Shown in pieces: positions 1 to 12,654 of a DNA stretch of 64,000 bases. This stretch comes from Phoronis australis (taxonomy: Eukaryota > Animalia > Phoronida): NCBI GenBank assembly GCA_002633005.1, contig NMRA01000102.1, positions 945,356-1,009,355 of the forward strand. The letters are read 5' to 3'. The notes beneath the pieces were generated by a model. The model had not been told where the DNA came from. It saw nothing but the letters and a program-made list of their open reading frames with translations, and did no database searches. The translations under genes and the position numbers were made by a program. The number at the start of each line of letters is the position of its first letter. The stretch's first letter is position 1.

Positions 1-125
1 TTACGCCGTAAAATTACGAGCGTAATTCAATTCTTTATGGCGTAAAACTACGCTCGTAATTTAGTTTAAACTATTAACCAATGACGTTGGGTTTTACAAT
101 CCAAGATCGCGAGCGCTCATGAAAA
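1..125. repeat. Subterminal TTACGAGCGTAA/TTACGCTCGTAA repeat array, probably the end of an element related to the 29355-40700 transposon
   Basis: aattacgagcgtaatt and ctacgctcgtaatt motifs are of the same type as those at 29380-29550 and 40380-40660; the element runs off the window start. Confidence 0.55.
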
Positions 126-204
126 TACTTATATACTGACGGGTTTCATGTCTACGATACGAGCGCTGAANTTTCAAATAATAACCCCATATCTGCATAC
201 AAAC

Positions 205-207
<3 letters not shown>

Positions 208-257
<50 letters not shown>
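208..257. repeat. (TA)n microsatellite
   Basis: Perfect TA dinucleotide run. Confidence 0.97.
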
Positions 258-260
<3 letters not shown>

Positions 261-1494
261 TATTTTGGACGCCTGTGGTGGCACTGAGGTTTGCCTGGGA
301 ATCAAGATATTATAGTTACACAAATTTAAGTGGTGTACAGTATCTTCGATATGGGTGACGGGTGTGATTAACAAAGTATGTGAATTTAGTCAATCTGCCG
401 ATCTTTTACTTGAAATGACTCAAAAGCACTTAATCACAAACACGTCAAGTAACAGTACAGTAAAAGGCACAACTGACGAAACGACGACGTGGAGTTCATT
501 CCCTACATTTTCAATCAATGAGGACACAAAACCAAACAGCCCTGATTCGCAAGTGAGCTCAGGTCAGACTTGCAAAGCTTTTCCACCAGTTTGAAAGAAA
601 AAGAATGCCGAAATCGCTTGATAAAGGAGCACGTTTCACTACGCCACAAGAAAATCAAGAGTGCAGCTTACACTTAAAAAGTTGACACGGATCAACTGAG
701 ACGAAACGAGGTATTCCAGAGTGTAAACGAACTGACACGAGCAAATTGACACCGCGGTGACAAATTTTTGCCACCTATTTATGAGGTAGAGCAATTTGCG
801 CTCGAACATCTTGCGCCGTGTCAAGTCTAAACGCGAAACTAGAGCAAGGCGGAAAGGATCATCTCTACTGCGCTTGTGCAATGACCTTCATACGGGTTCT
901 TTGTCTCTGCAACTCTCGTCATTTGTAAACCTGCGCATGTGCGATCCAGTCTCTCCAGCTGCAATTTCCGTCTTGCCACGGTTAGCGAGTTGTGTGTGTA
1001 AACGGCCGCTTGACACGGGTCAATTTCCTCTGTGTCAGTTGCGCCGGGCCAAAAGTTGATGTTTAAACGGGACTTAACGGGACTAAGGAAATATTGATAA
1101 GGTTACTGCACAGACTACCATCTACGCACAGGCACTCTCATCGCCTTTTCTCTGACCGATTATGTAATCAAATAAATACCACTTGCCAGTAAAATACAGA
1201 CATGCATTTCAGGAAAAGCTCAGCATGAAACGGCGAGGATTCAGTGGGGCTATGGAAAATGCTTTCTGACGCACCAGTTGTGGGTTCAGCTTACCGGTTT
1301 CAACGCACAAAAAAGAATAGACAACTTGATATGTTTTCTGAGGCATGCATTAGTGTAGGTCAAGAAAAGAAATAATGTTCTGATCTAGGCGACGAGAGCG
1401 AACGACTTTGTTACGCGCGGTAGCTTATTCGCTGATGGTCAGTAGTCAGCACTCATTGGTCCCTTACGTGTCTAGCCAGCACGCAGGAAATCAG

Positions 1495-1650
1495 CGAGTA
1501 GCCAGCACGAAGGTATCACTTAATTTTGCTCGGGAATTTTTTTACACCGACGTTTCTGATTGGCTAGTCGAATTTTCAGCAGGCAGCGCTTTACCCAAAC
1601 AAACTGGCATGACTGACGGACTCAAATGTAATGTGGTCTGTTGTGGAAAC
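1495..1650 (+). repeat. Dispersed repeat, copy 1 (copy 2 at ~6335-6480)
   Basis: Shared gtagccagcacg...gaatttttttacacc...tttctgattgg...gtcgaatt...ggcatgactga.ggact.aa.tgtaa.tgtggtctgttgt. Confidence 0.75.
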
Positions 1651-2432
1651 AAATCGCTGCTCAGGAAATGTGAATCCTAGAAATTGCGTTGCCGCCTTTT
1701 CGGAGTGCATCTTTCTACTGTCGATGACTTGTTTACGAAACTGACCTGTATTCATACAGTATGAACAACACACGGCTTAAATCGGCCGGATATGCCTTTA
1801 TTGTAGATGTATGTGCTTCCAGCACGCGGCTAAACTTGCTCCTCCCTGATCCCGTGACTCTTTGTTTTCACTCAGGGCCTGATGCCGTCTGGAGGCGTTG
1901 TCTAAACAATGTATCTCACAGGCGAATTACGCCTTCAGGAGGGATAGAAGGCAAGAACTTATTGGATTAAGTTTAATTATATCTAGGGTATTCCCAGTTT
2001 TCTGTCCAATGAGGATTGAGACACTAGACACTGTATTAACTTGTTGTTTGCGAAGTTAATGCCTATTGGTTGTTATTTCTGGATTTTAGAACCATTTCTT
2101 CACAAGCAAATTATCACTTCAACTAAAAACCACGGAGCGTGTTACCTTTGTAGTGGCCGTAGTGGCAACTTTTGAAAGGTTTTAGTGATGTTCCTGAAAT
2201 ACATTTGTTTGATTTGAAGACTATAATGAAGCTAACCGCCCTGAATTGGAGCCTGATTGGCATTACATAACACTGCTGTCACCACTTAATTATCTTCTAA
2301 GGTGTTCATGTTTAGTTTATTTGAACTAACGAGAAACAATAACAAAATGTTCAATTACTGCTCTGTGACAGGCACTGAGCACATACTCTCTTGAAATTGC
2401 AGGCTTGATATCTAACAGTTCTTGAAGTTTTT

Positions 2433-2575
2433 ATTATGGAGGATAGTGTGGATACTGATGACACTGGTCACACTTAGATATCGACTTCAGTGATTATGGA
2501 TATGATAGTGTGGATACTGATGACACTGAGTGGTCAGATTTAGATACAAATTTCAATGATCTAGATTATGATGGG
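2433..2575 (+). repeat. Short tandem duplication (~65 bp unit, 2+ copies)
   Basis: gatagtgtggatactgatgacactg...ttagata repeated at ~2442 and ~2503. Confidence 0.8.
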
Positions 2576-3169
2576 GATATGCCACATGTAAATCTTTCTT
2601 GACACGTTTTCTAGGAATTTAAATGAGTTATTTGTAAACAAACAAACAAATGTCTTTGTTTCTGGAAAACGAAAAGTGAAACTATTTGCTGAACCCTTTA
2701 TCAATACTGAGCTTCAATAAATTTTATATCAACACGGAGCTCATATACTCAAGATGTTTTGCTGAAAATTTGATAACTATATGTTTACTAATGACTGAGT
2801 GACGAGGTTTTAATTATGTTCAGTGCTTCTGACCTAGTTCTGAGTTAAATACCCTCCGACTTCAAGGGGGTAGACATTGCACAGGTAAGCCAGGCCAGCT
2901 GTTTATACCATATGATGCTCAGAGTCGAATGAGTTTAACATACATGTAACTGCAGAAACGAAATAGTTGCTGTGACGCCACTTGTATGACAAGGCTAAAC
3001 ATCGTTCACAGTCCACCATATTTTCATGGTGTTTTAAAGCTTATATGTACCAATGACTGCTGAGATTACATCAACCAATGCTAAAGCGCGTGTCACTGCG
3101 TGATACCTGTGTGCTGGCTAGGTACGTAGGGAACCAGCCAGGGTAGCTTATTAAATTGGGTACGGTGGT

Positions 3170-3930
3170 TTCCCAACGGGAGTGAACAGTCGTAACGTGA
3201 CGGGAAACAGAAGATATGAAAGCGCTCGGAGGTGAAATTGACTGAAATGATGATGATAACGATGTAACGGTTGTGGTGGCGACGATGAGCATGATGATAG
3301 CAATCATATGACGAATGAAGATGGCAGAAATGGTTTACAAATCATGTAGCGCTTAAACACTGCAATCTAATGTTACACGTATCAAATATCGCAACATTAA
3401 TGGGTAAGCTTGCATGTTACCTAAAACCTGGTTAGAAAATTTTGGCCTGGAACCAACGCAATGCCAATGCCAAGCAAGCGTTGCACAAGAATGCAAAGTT
3501 TAAATGGTACTCTCAACTTTATCGACATAAAAAGACTTAAAAGTACTCACACGTATACGAGATAAGGCTCACGAACACCAGTGCGAAAACGGTCTGCATT
3601 TTGATTGTTTAGAGAGAGGTAGCTGAGACACACTACTTGCAGTGACGACTGCTACAGAGTGAGAGAAGAAAGGCCACGCCTTGGTAGAAGATTTCTGCGC
3701 ATGCCCGTATGAATACAGGGTGTGTAAACTCTTAGCTTCTTTGCAACCGCCTGTACGCAGTTTTCGTAAAAGGTCCTTGATCATTTGGAAACGTCGCTTG
3801 AGTTGACTGGCCGGATTGTTGTTACACCACGAGAGCCCTTTAAACTAACGTATCCCTGCTTTCTCATTAGAAAAAAGGCTGCAACGCATTCGTTCTCTTT
3901 TTTCCTTTGCTCTGCCAAACAAATTAATTA
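3170..3930 (+). repeat. Unclassified dispersed repeat, copy 1 (continues at 6130-6250; copy 2 at ~46445-47630)
   Basis: Long colinear similarity with 46445-47500, e.g. ggctcacgaacaccagtgcgaaaacggtctgcattttgattgtttagaga and ggccacgccttggtagaagatttctgcgcatgccc. Confidence 0.85.
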
Positions 3931-6334
3931 AAAACATAGCTTCACACCAAAACAACAGTACTGCTTTTCAAAACAAATAATAGGACGGTTTGAATCTGTT
4001 GCACAGGGCAGTTCTTGTTCGAATGAGAAAAGCCCAGCAGTAATGACCTTTTCCGACTTCAGCCGAGTCAATTCTGAGAGGCATATGTGCTTACATAACT
4101 GTCTGATGTCAGTTCAGGAAGACAGCTGTGTATTGCAGTGGCTGCAAGCAGTCAACCCTCCAAAATTTTGCTTGCTTCTCGGCAAGAAGATGCAAAGACC
4201 AGTGTATCACAGATAATCAAGCCTAATACAAAATAGTGCAGTTTTATTTTTTTTTCATTTTCAGCAGTGAGTAAAAAGGGTGTCACCTTTAAATTTAACC
4301 ACAAATTTTATCGAAGTTCGAGTGGAGGTGGCAATCTCAATGACAGAATTACAAAGACACTTGAAATGGAAGTCTTCTGAACTTGGTTTTTTAATTCATG
4401 TGTTAATGTATTGAAATAATAACAAACCCAAGGCATCAAAAAATATTACCTGAAGATGCCCGTGAAAATATTATTTCAGCCATTAGTTACGACAAGTTAA
4501 TTCTACCATGCTTTGGTCACTGAGTCATAGAAGTCAAAGAACAAACCAGAGGACGATTATCATTTAATCCACAGTTCAAATTAAAAGCAAGTGCCTTCAA
4601 TCGAAATTATCTACATGTATTTGGTTTCTACAGTGAAAGTCTTTCAAGGTAGTTGAAGGTTACCGCTACTGTACATAAGTCACAAATGATATAATCTCAG
4701 TACAGTAAAGTTTATATGTGATCTAATCTTTTACCAAAATAAGTTACTTAGAATGCACGGTATTTTTAAATTTTTAAAACACCTAAGCATTACAAACGTT
4801 ATCCAACGAATAGACAAATTTACATGATATGAAAGTGGATATGCCTAACTATTGCCATGGCGACCAGGTATTTCGGTACATTAGAATTCGACAAGAATGA
4901 TTTGAATAAATAAGAAGTAGCTGTGGAAANTGTAGACCTCTCTCACTAAATTTCATCGTAACTTATTGATGAAAATAAATTATGCACGGTTTTAAACTCG
5001 TAACTTATGCTGCTTGTCCAAGATGACCAACCAGGTTCAAACAAGTGACCCAAATTGCGCCACAAAATTGCAATAAATGTGTTCTGCTTAACCAGATTTT
5101 GATAATTGCTCAATTTTTGTTGAGTGGGATGCATTAGCTTTCCGATTATATTGAAGTATTTGTGCAAAGCGAAGATAATCGGTTGTATAGCCCTACTCTT
5201 ACTCACTGTTCATTTAGTCCAGCTAGCGATCGACTAGGCTAAAATTCAACGGATTGCAACGACAGGTAACAAGCATAAAGCAATTCAACACATCCACCCA
5301 CAAACACTTACCGGTATGTTGCAAAAACTGTACTTCAAAAGAAAAGCAATCTACTGGTTACTTCTAATCCTGTCCGACGGTGTCTGTTCAGTGGATCCGC
5401 CATTTTGAATGTTACATGTAGGTTTTAACAGTAGCTCCACTAGCTTGTGGAAAACGACGTCATGAACCGTTTTGGATACTCTCTAAAAGTTCACCCATCC
5501 CTGGTGTACAACTATAATCGGATCACAGGCTGTCGTTCTAGAAGCAGTCCACAGAAATATATTTGCTGCAGACTACCTAATACGGCCACTCTCCACGCGT
5601 GGACTTTGCTAAGTATTCTCACTTGCAACGCAGTCATGGAACAGTGGCAAACTTGTGCAAAGATACCCCAGCCATTGGCGTATTGCCACAGCCTCTAACT
5701 ACACAACGGTCAGACATTCTTCTTCAAATATTTACTCCAGTTTAAATCTAAAAATCCGACTACATTTGAGAAAGTACTCCTCTTGGCACACAGCAATGTA
5801 CACTGTGGACTCAGTCACGCTGACACTGCAATGATCAGGTCACGTCCCTACTAATTGTAAAATGTTTATGGCAACACACAAGGCATTGTGCATATGCATA
5901 GCATTTCAGAAAATTAATGGGCAAAAGTTGCATAATAAACCTATTCTAACAAACACAAAGATTCCATTTGTGGCAGATAGTCCCAGCCAAGAGTACTTAA
6001 CCTATGGACAGACTAGGCAGTGATCGGGTCAGGAATTCCTGATATGTTCCGGATGTGACGTGTTTCAGAAGATAGCAGAAGTTCAAATTTTTTGTTCTCA
6101 TAATTTTGTGGGGAAGTGGGAGCGTTATATCATTCTTAATCTATACCTCATTTTATTTTTGCCATTTTGGATCGGTAGTTTATATTTTAATACCTAGATA
6201 ACTGTCCTTTTTACATGTACTCATTTTACATAGATATTCAATCAATGGAGCCATTCAAAAACCTTTACAATAATTACTGGAGGGCGCGCGTGTACTAGTG
6301 GTGACTCGCTGGTTCCCTGCGTGGCGCTAGATGG

Positions 6335-6480
6335 TCGGTAGCCAGCACGCAGGTTTTACTTACTTTTCCTCGAGAATTTTTTTACACCAGCATTTCTGAT
6401 TGGTTTGTCGAATTCCCAACAGGCCGCTTTTGGCATGACTGATGGACTGAAGTGTAAATGTGGTCTGTTGTACGGACAAA
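6335..6480 (+). repeat. Dispersed repeat, copy 2 of 1495-1650
   Basis: Direct sequence similarity to 1495-1650. Confidence 0.75.
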
Positions 6481-6502
6481 TCGGTGCTTCATATTTATGT
6501 TC

Positions 6503-6861
6503 TGTGTTATACATGTAGCTTGTTCGTTTACTCGATAAGCTTAGTCGCCAGATGGTGTTACCCGTAACGTTATTGTACGTTTTACCCACGATGCTCTTTT
6601 TCCGTTATTGGCTGCTCCCAGTGGTTTGTGGTTATCAATATAGTTGTTAGTTATCTGTCAACATCATTGTTATTTCAAAGTTTTCACAATTGGCGACGAG
6701 GAAAAACACAGACACGGATAATGTAAGGAATATAACGCGAACACTGAAAACTGGAATTACTATATGAAGAGGCTGGAGTTTTATTTCGTTGCAAACGACG
6801 TGAAAGCCGATGAGAAAAAGAGGAAGATTTTTCTGACTACATGTGACGCAGCCACTTACTC
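6503..6861 (+). mobile_element. 5' fragment of a Ty3/Gypsy (Mag-like) LTR retrotransposon: LTR, PBS and gag N-terminus
   Basis: TG..CA segment (~6503-6688), then PBS-like TGGCGACGAGGA (6691-6702), then peptide ENWNYYMKRLEFYFVAND..KKRKIFLTTCDAATY resembling the Mag-clade Gag start; truncated at ~6861. Confidence 0.75.
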
Positions 6862-7610
6862 AACGCCAGAAATATCTGACATAGGCAGTGCGCATGCGCA
6901 GCTAGAAGCTAACTATTCCCCCACAGAAATACACACGAAGGGGTTTTCCAAGGAGTTTGGATTTAGGGGAGACAACTCTGCACTTTGCCGATAGCTAGCG
7001 AGAAAAACGTAGACGTTAAGGATTCATTATGCTGAATATTGGAGAGATTGGTGAAGATTTTTCGGTGTCCATTGAACTTTGAAGTTTGAAAACGTTGATG
7101 GTACACAGCCAATCTCCCGGAAGGCAATACTTCAGCCCAAACCCATTTTCAAATCAAATCTGTGGAGAGTATAATTCAGTTCCCTTGTCTGCCGATATAG
7201 CGGAGGTCACGAACAGTGTGACCTACATATCACAAAATGCCGATTTCGAACAAATTTTCTGAAAAAAAACAACGCCAGAAATTTGTAAAATGCACAACTG
7301 CGCATGCGCTAAATCTTGCCATCAGCCCTCCATAAGAAATACACAAGAACAGGCTATAATCAGCAATTTACAAGTGAGGGGAGATAACTACACAAATTGA
7401 CGATAACCTGTGGCATAGAGTGTATGATAAGACTTGTTACTGCCAAATATCAGCGTCATTGGTGGAAAAGTTTCCACATCTCTTGAAGTTTGAAGTTTGC
7501 CCCGTTGAGGCCTATGCTAATGATCGTCCGGAAGCCAATATTTGAGTGCATAGCTCATTTTGAAGTCAAGTTTGTGGCTGAATTCATTTTTCCATCAGAT
7601 TTGCCGATAG
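6860..7610 (+). repeat. Diverged tandem duplication, ~410 bp unit starting CAACGCCAGAAAT; likely DNA-transposon terminal/subterminal region
   Basis: Units at 6860 and 7270 share caacgccagaaat...tgcgcatgcgc...agaaatacac...ttgaa.tttgaagtttg...ccggaag.caata...tgccgata; an inverted copy of the head motif (atttctggcgttg) is at ~8394-8406. Confidence 0.65.
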
Positions 7611-9190
7611 CCTAGGTGACTACTAGGAGTACTCAGAGGGTGCTGATCAAAATTTCATGCTGTTTTTCAAAAAAATTTCCACGTCTCTTGTGTTCAGAAA
7701 ATGGATCCACGTACAGTGCTGTGAGATGAAATATTGCCGATCGCCTGGTTGTCTTGCATTGAATTTTGCACTCTGTAGATGAAAGACTAGCTCAGAATCT
7801 GTAAGAAACTGTTATGTTCATTTTTTCATCTGGTATGAGATTAGAAATACATTCGAAGTTTGAAAAAAGTAGGATATTATACAGTTTTATTCCGGATATT
7901 TCGTTTGTGATCAGTAGTTGATAGGACTACAACAGTTATCTTCAAAATGTTGTTCCGTTTTTGTGATCCACAGTACGTTGTCCTTCGTCTTAATTCAATA
8001 CTGTTACTTAGGAGTGGATTCCGAACACAAGTTTGTATTGGCAAACATCTGAAAATTAATAAAAATAAAAAGCGCTTTGGCAGCCCGCTTAAGCCAATGC
8101 AAGCACACGCGGCTGGCTGGCGTTCAGTTCAACTTTTTTTGGTTATGTGTACAAGATAACAGTGAGTTGTGACCCCCAATGACCCAGCTAGCACTGTCGT
8201 ACTGTAGACTGTGGAATTTCAGAAATTCCAAATACGGTTATTGTAAACTTGACTATGCTCTGCGGACTACTGACTTCAGCCGGGCTCACGGTACTAGCGC
8301 CCAAGCTTCCTGACCTTTAACCTAACTATGCGTTGTTGTCATTGGTTAGAGACATGGCGTTAAGCATCACCTAACGGATCAAGAATGTTACAAATTTCTG
8401 GCGTTGCGGTGTCCAACATGGTGTTGAAAACGGGTTCTAGGCCAGAAATGTAAAAAGCAGTCACTTAAAGTTTGGTGGTCTGCAGTACGATTTGCAAGCT
8501 CTAATGAGGAAGATTTAGCCCCGAATGTTCATTCCCAGTAGTGCAACAAGAAGCAGTCGGTCATGTATTTTGCTAAAAAACATGAATACTGAAAGTATTG
8601 CACATAGATCACTTCATGAGACGCAGCTAGGTTAAGGTTGTACTAATTCTTTTTAACATTATATTGCTGTTTTTAGTAATTTATACTGTGTTGAAGGTAT
8701 CACATTTATTAGAAAAAAGAGCTCATACCCATAGACGGAATATGCGTCATGAGCTTTTCCCTTTTTTGAAAATACAGAGGTTGATGAAAATACCAGCAAT
8801 TCTCACCATGTTATTGCTGTTGTAAAGGGGCACGAAAGCTATCAGTTGTATAAATAATCATTTTCCAATGTTTGGAATAGCATTCATAAATTCTACCATA
8901 ACAAGTCTGTGGTGGTTGATGATGTAGAATATGACTTGGGTGTATACTTGGCAGCTGATTATAAATTCTTTTTACTCGTCCTAGGTATGAATGGGGCAAC
9001 CTCTAATTAAGCCTGCATATATTGCAAGGTTCACAAGGAAAGTCGTTGAAATCTCTCGAAACCTTATTCGTTTTACAACACTGAGACTATGTTCTGGACA
9101 CAAGGAGACTTTTAGACGTCCCACTTGTCCAGTCAGTTTGCCTGCAAATATTTTCCACTAATACGATTGCCGATATCACTTATAATCGTG

Positions 9191-9729
9191 TGTCAGTTCA
9201 CTAAGCCAGGGTTTGTTTTGTTTATGTAGTTTGTAGTGTGGCCACCAGGTGTCTTCTCTACTTACTGTAGAGTGGCACATGTGCTCTTGCATTTTCCTTC
9301 AGCTATTGTCTTTGAACCATTGTTATGGAGATGTACTCAGATTGACCATGGGTGTGGTGCACAGCCGCTGCATTAGTTTTCTGACAGTCTTGTGAGACAG
9401 ATGTTAGGTTTGGCAGCCACAGGGCTTCACATTCTGTAAGTGGAAATTTTGTTATTTTGTTTTCTCATATACTGTGTAAAGCCAGTAACTAGAATTTGGT
9501 CAGTGAGTTGCTTACTCTGCTTAGTCTGACTTAACTGCTAGTTTAGTTACTGTTTGTAAGTTTTGCTGTTTAGCTAGAGTGGAATGTTATCCTGTATGCA
9601 GATTTAGTTTGGTAGATTTTGGTATCTCGCTGATTGTAGTTTTGTTATTTTTTCAGTAAACGTATGTATGTGACACAGAACCAAGGTGTTTTCTTTAATC
9701 CGGATTCCCCAGCCTGTGGTGTCGTCACA
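9191..9729. mobile_element. Solo LTR inserted in the transposase
   Basis: Starts TGTCA, ends TCACA; flanked by tcgtg/tcgta (5-bp TSD, 1 mismatch); removing it restores the IIVDEL.LLLR transposase motif. Confidence 0.8.
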
Positions 9730-10111
9730 TCGTAGATGAGCTTCGTCTGTTGTTGCGTGTAACTGACCGCCTCATTGAAAATCTGATTGAAGAATGCTTG
9801 GAAATGGACACTTTAAAGAAATACAAACGTATAGTTGTACACAGATGTCACTTGCAAACCCGGATTCCCATTTAAATCGCCTACTGAAGGCTATCCGGTC
9901 ATGTGGGGTAAATTTCAAAATTTGGAAAACAAAGCTGCCTAGTGGCAAAGGTCATTTTGATGAATCGAACTTGGTGGGGAAAGAAAAAAGAAACTGCTTT
10001 GTTCATTGCCAGAGACACTGTTATGTAATGTATTAAATCCTGATACAGAGAATCAAGTTATCAAGCTTTGGCATGATTTTGCGATTATTTACTAATCTAT
10101 TTTTCCTACTA

Positions 10112-11002
10112 CTAAGTAAGTAAAGTAAGTATTTTTTATTATAGTCACATGTGTGCAAATGAATCTAAACAATGAATACGTTACAAAGACTAGGAACACC
10201 CAGCCCTCCAGGTGGCTTATAAGTCGTCTTAGATACATGATACAAAAAAGAAAAGACAAGTGTACACGCATTGTAAAAGGACCAGAAAGAGAAGGCCGAG
10301 ATAAAAGTGATCGTAAATAAATATTTTTCCTTACTTCAAAATGTATTTAATAAAAACTGAAGTTTTTCTAATAACATCTTTTTGCATGGTTGTAATTAGT
10401 TTACTTTCACAGCTTTCTGCACGGAATCGTGGATATTTAATCTCAACTTGACAGTAAAAGGTGTTTCTGTCATCTAAGAAAAACGGACACTCAAACAGAA
10501 AATGTAGTTCAGTTTCGACCTGACCAGTGTGACAAAGACAGCAAATTCTGTCATCAAATGCTAGAGAACGAAAACGCCCAACCCCAACCAATAGCTATAG
10601 GGTTCCGGTTCTAATTTGAGCAAGAATTGACCTACTAGACCGAGTTAAGTCTAAAAGCACGCAAGGCTTAACTTCAAAGACATTATTCATCAAAACATAG
10701 GTTCTTAACTTTCGAACGGCTTTCAAACAACCACCTGTTACAGGCCAAATCATGCAAAATATTCTTACACTGAGACAGATTAACTGTACGTAAGTTATGA
10801 AAACAATCCGAAATCCCTTATTCTTCAAAAATGCTCAAAACTTCAGGAGACCAATTATTAGTACAAGTACTGTAGTCCAACCAAAATATTCGGTATGTTA
10901 GTCTATCATCCTCGAAATTAATTATACAATTCCACATTCTCAAAAGCTATTTTCCACTCCTTGTCACCCATAACAGCATGATTAGGGGCTACAAGTGTAG
11001 AA
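10112..11002 (-). mobile_element. 5'-truncated LINE 3' end (decayed ORF2 C-terminus with CCHC zinc motif)
   Basis: KLRTY...RSILAQIRTGTL and GRFR...DRICCLCHTGQVETELHFLFECP in ORFs 10595-10828 and 10331-10591; TAAG-type tandem tail at 10112-10130. Confidence 0.8.
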
Positions 11003-12221
11003 ACTCGTTCCTGTGAGGAACCTTTTGAAATGACTAAGCAGTGGGTTCTTCTGTTTTTGTCGCTTGAAGGCAGGCGCACTGGGTACGAGCGCCAACGAAT
11101 AACACCTTATATACATAGTCTACCATATTCCAAGTTTGTGTGCAGCTCATGGAGGATTGCTGAATTTTAGTGTATTAGGCATGGAAAAGCTAAACGACAT
11201 AGCAAAATGCATACACACTCATAAATCTAATAAATTTGGTGCCTGCTCTGATGTCGTTCAAACAGCATGGAAGCAAAACCATCTGGCTGGTCAAAAAGAA
11301 ATTCCAATGTGTACAAAAAGTCTGACAGAGAATACTGAAAGCGTGGCATTTTTGAAAAAAGCAAAAGATTGAGCTCCAGCCACCTGTGGAGCCATGCTAT
11401 GATGTTCAATGTTCATCTCAAGTGATTGAACTCGTGTCCTTGGAACAAATGAAACACAAAGTTAAGGAACTCGGCTTGAAAACGAAGTTGCGAAGTGGAG
11501 CAAAGCTTCGACATTTCCTTAAAATTCATATGAAAGATTGAGCCGAAATTTTTGGCACAGCTTAATCAACAAAACTAGTTTACGATTAAGCTGAAATCTC
11601 TTATTAGTTTCGACTCCAGAACATAGCCATCTAGTAAAAAACTTTACATTAGTTTCAGTACATGTAGATTGCATGACTAGAAAGTGGTTGATATTATTTG
11701 TGTACTTGGTGCTAATATGGTAATAAATTGAAGATGTTATTACTTATTCTGTTTGGTAGTGTAGGAAGTATGCTGCTGCTAAGATATCAAGTCTGTTTTA
11801 AGCTCAAGATAATTTTGACATTGCTGTTCAGATTTTTTTACTTTTGTATATCTTCTAGTCATACATTGTTGTTTTTGATATTTTACCTGTTGTGTAAGTT
11901 CTTGAGTTATGTTTTACATATTTATCACAGGTATAGTAAGTGGGAAGCATTGATTGGGACAAACACCCGTAGTGGGGGTGGGGCAGAGCCGTTGTAAGTG
12001 TCAACGGGTAGGATAAATGATGGTCACTGGGGAGTTAATTAAGGAAGTAAACTGGTATTGACCTTGGGCAAAACCGCCTCCCGTTCAGTAACGCTGGGAC
12101 CTCGCTAAAAAGCAAGACTTCGCGAGATTACGTGAGATATTGCCGTGTATTTTAAATGAGAAAACGTGACTTTGACTAGGTTTTAGCTAGGTCTTAGCGT
12201 ATGTCCTAGCGTCTACTTAAC

Positions 12222-12584
12222 NNNNNNNNNNNNNNNNNNNNNNNNNNNNNNNNNNNNNNNNNNNNNNNNNNNNNNNNNNNNNNNNNNNNNNNNNNNNNNN
12301 NNNNNNNNNNNNNNNNNNNNNNNNNNNNNNNNNNNNNNNNNNNNNNNNNNNNNNNNNNNNNNNNNNNNNNNNNNNNNNNNNNNNNNNNNNNNNNNNNNNN
12401 NNNNNNNNNNNNNNNNNNNNNNNNNNNNNNNNNNNNNNNNNNNNNNNNNNNNNNNNNNNNNNNNNNNNNNNNNNNNNNNNNNNNNNNNNNNNNNNNNNNN
12501 NNNNNNNNNNNNNNNNNNNNNNNNNNNNNNNNNNNNNNNNNNNNNNNNNNNNNNNNNNNNNNNNNNNNNNNNNNNNNNNNNNNN
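12222..12584. other. Assembly gap (N run)
   Basis: Run of N. Confidence 0.99.
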
Positions 12585-12585
12585 A

Positions 12586-12642
<57 letters not shown>

Positions 12643-12654
12643 TGTGTGTGTGTG
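12586..12654. repeat. (TG)n microsatellite abutting the gap
   Basis: Near-perfect TG run. Confidence 0.97.

Larger units (their letters stand above)
8720..11540 (+). pseudogene. Decayed RAG1-core/Transib-type DDE transposase, interrupted by a solo LTR and a LINE fragment
   Basis: Ordered motifs HVIAVVKGHESY (~8810), YLAADYKFFLLVLGMNGATSN*ACIYC (~8944-9025), PLIRLPISLIIVDELRLLLRVTDRLIENLI (rejoined across the LTR), AIRSCGVNFKIW, and ITPYIHSL.YHIP..HGGLLNFSVLGMEKLND (~11100-11200). They parallel RAG1 GYDEK..G.EASGS.YIC.LC, DALH and TNY.HK..AHVP..DG.IGAWASEGNE. Stops and frameshifts are present. Confidence 0.75.
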
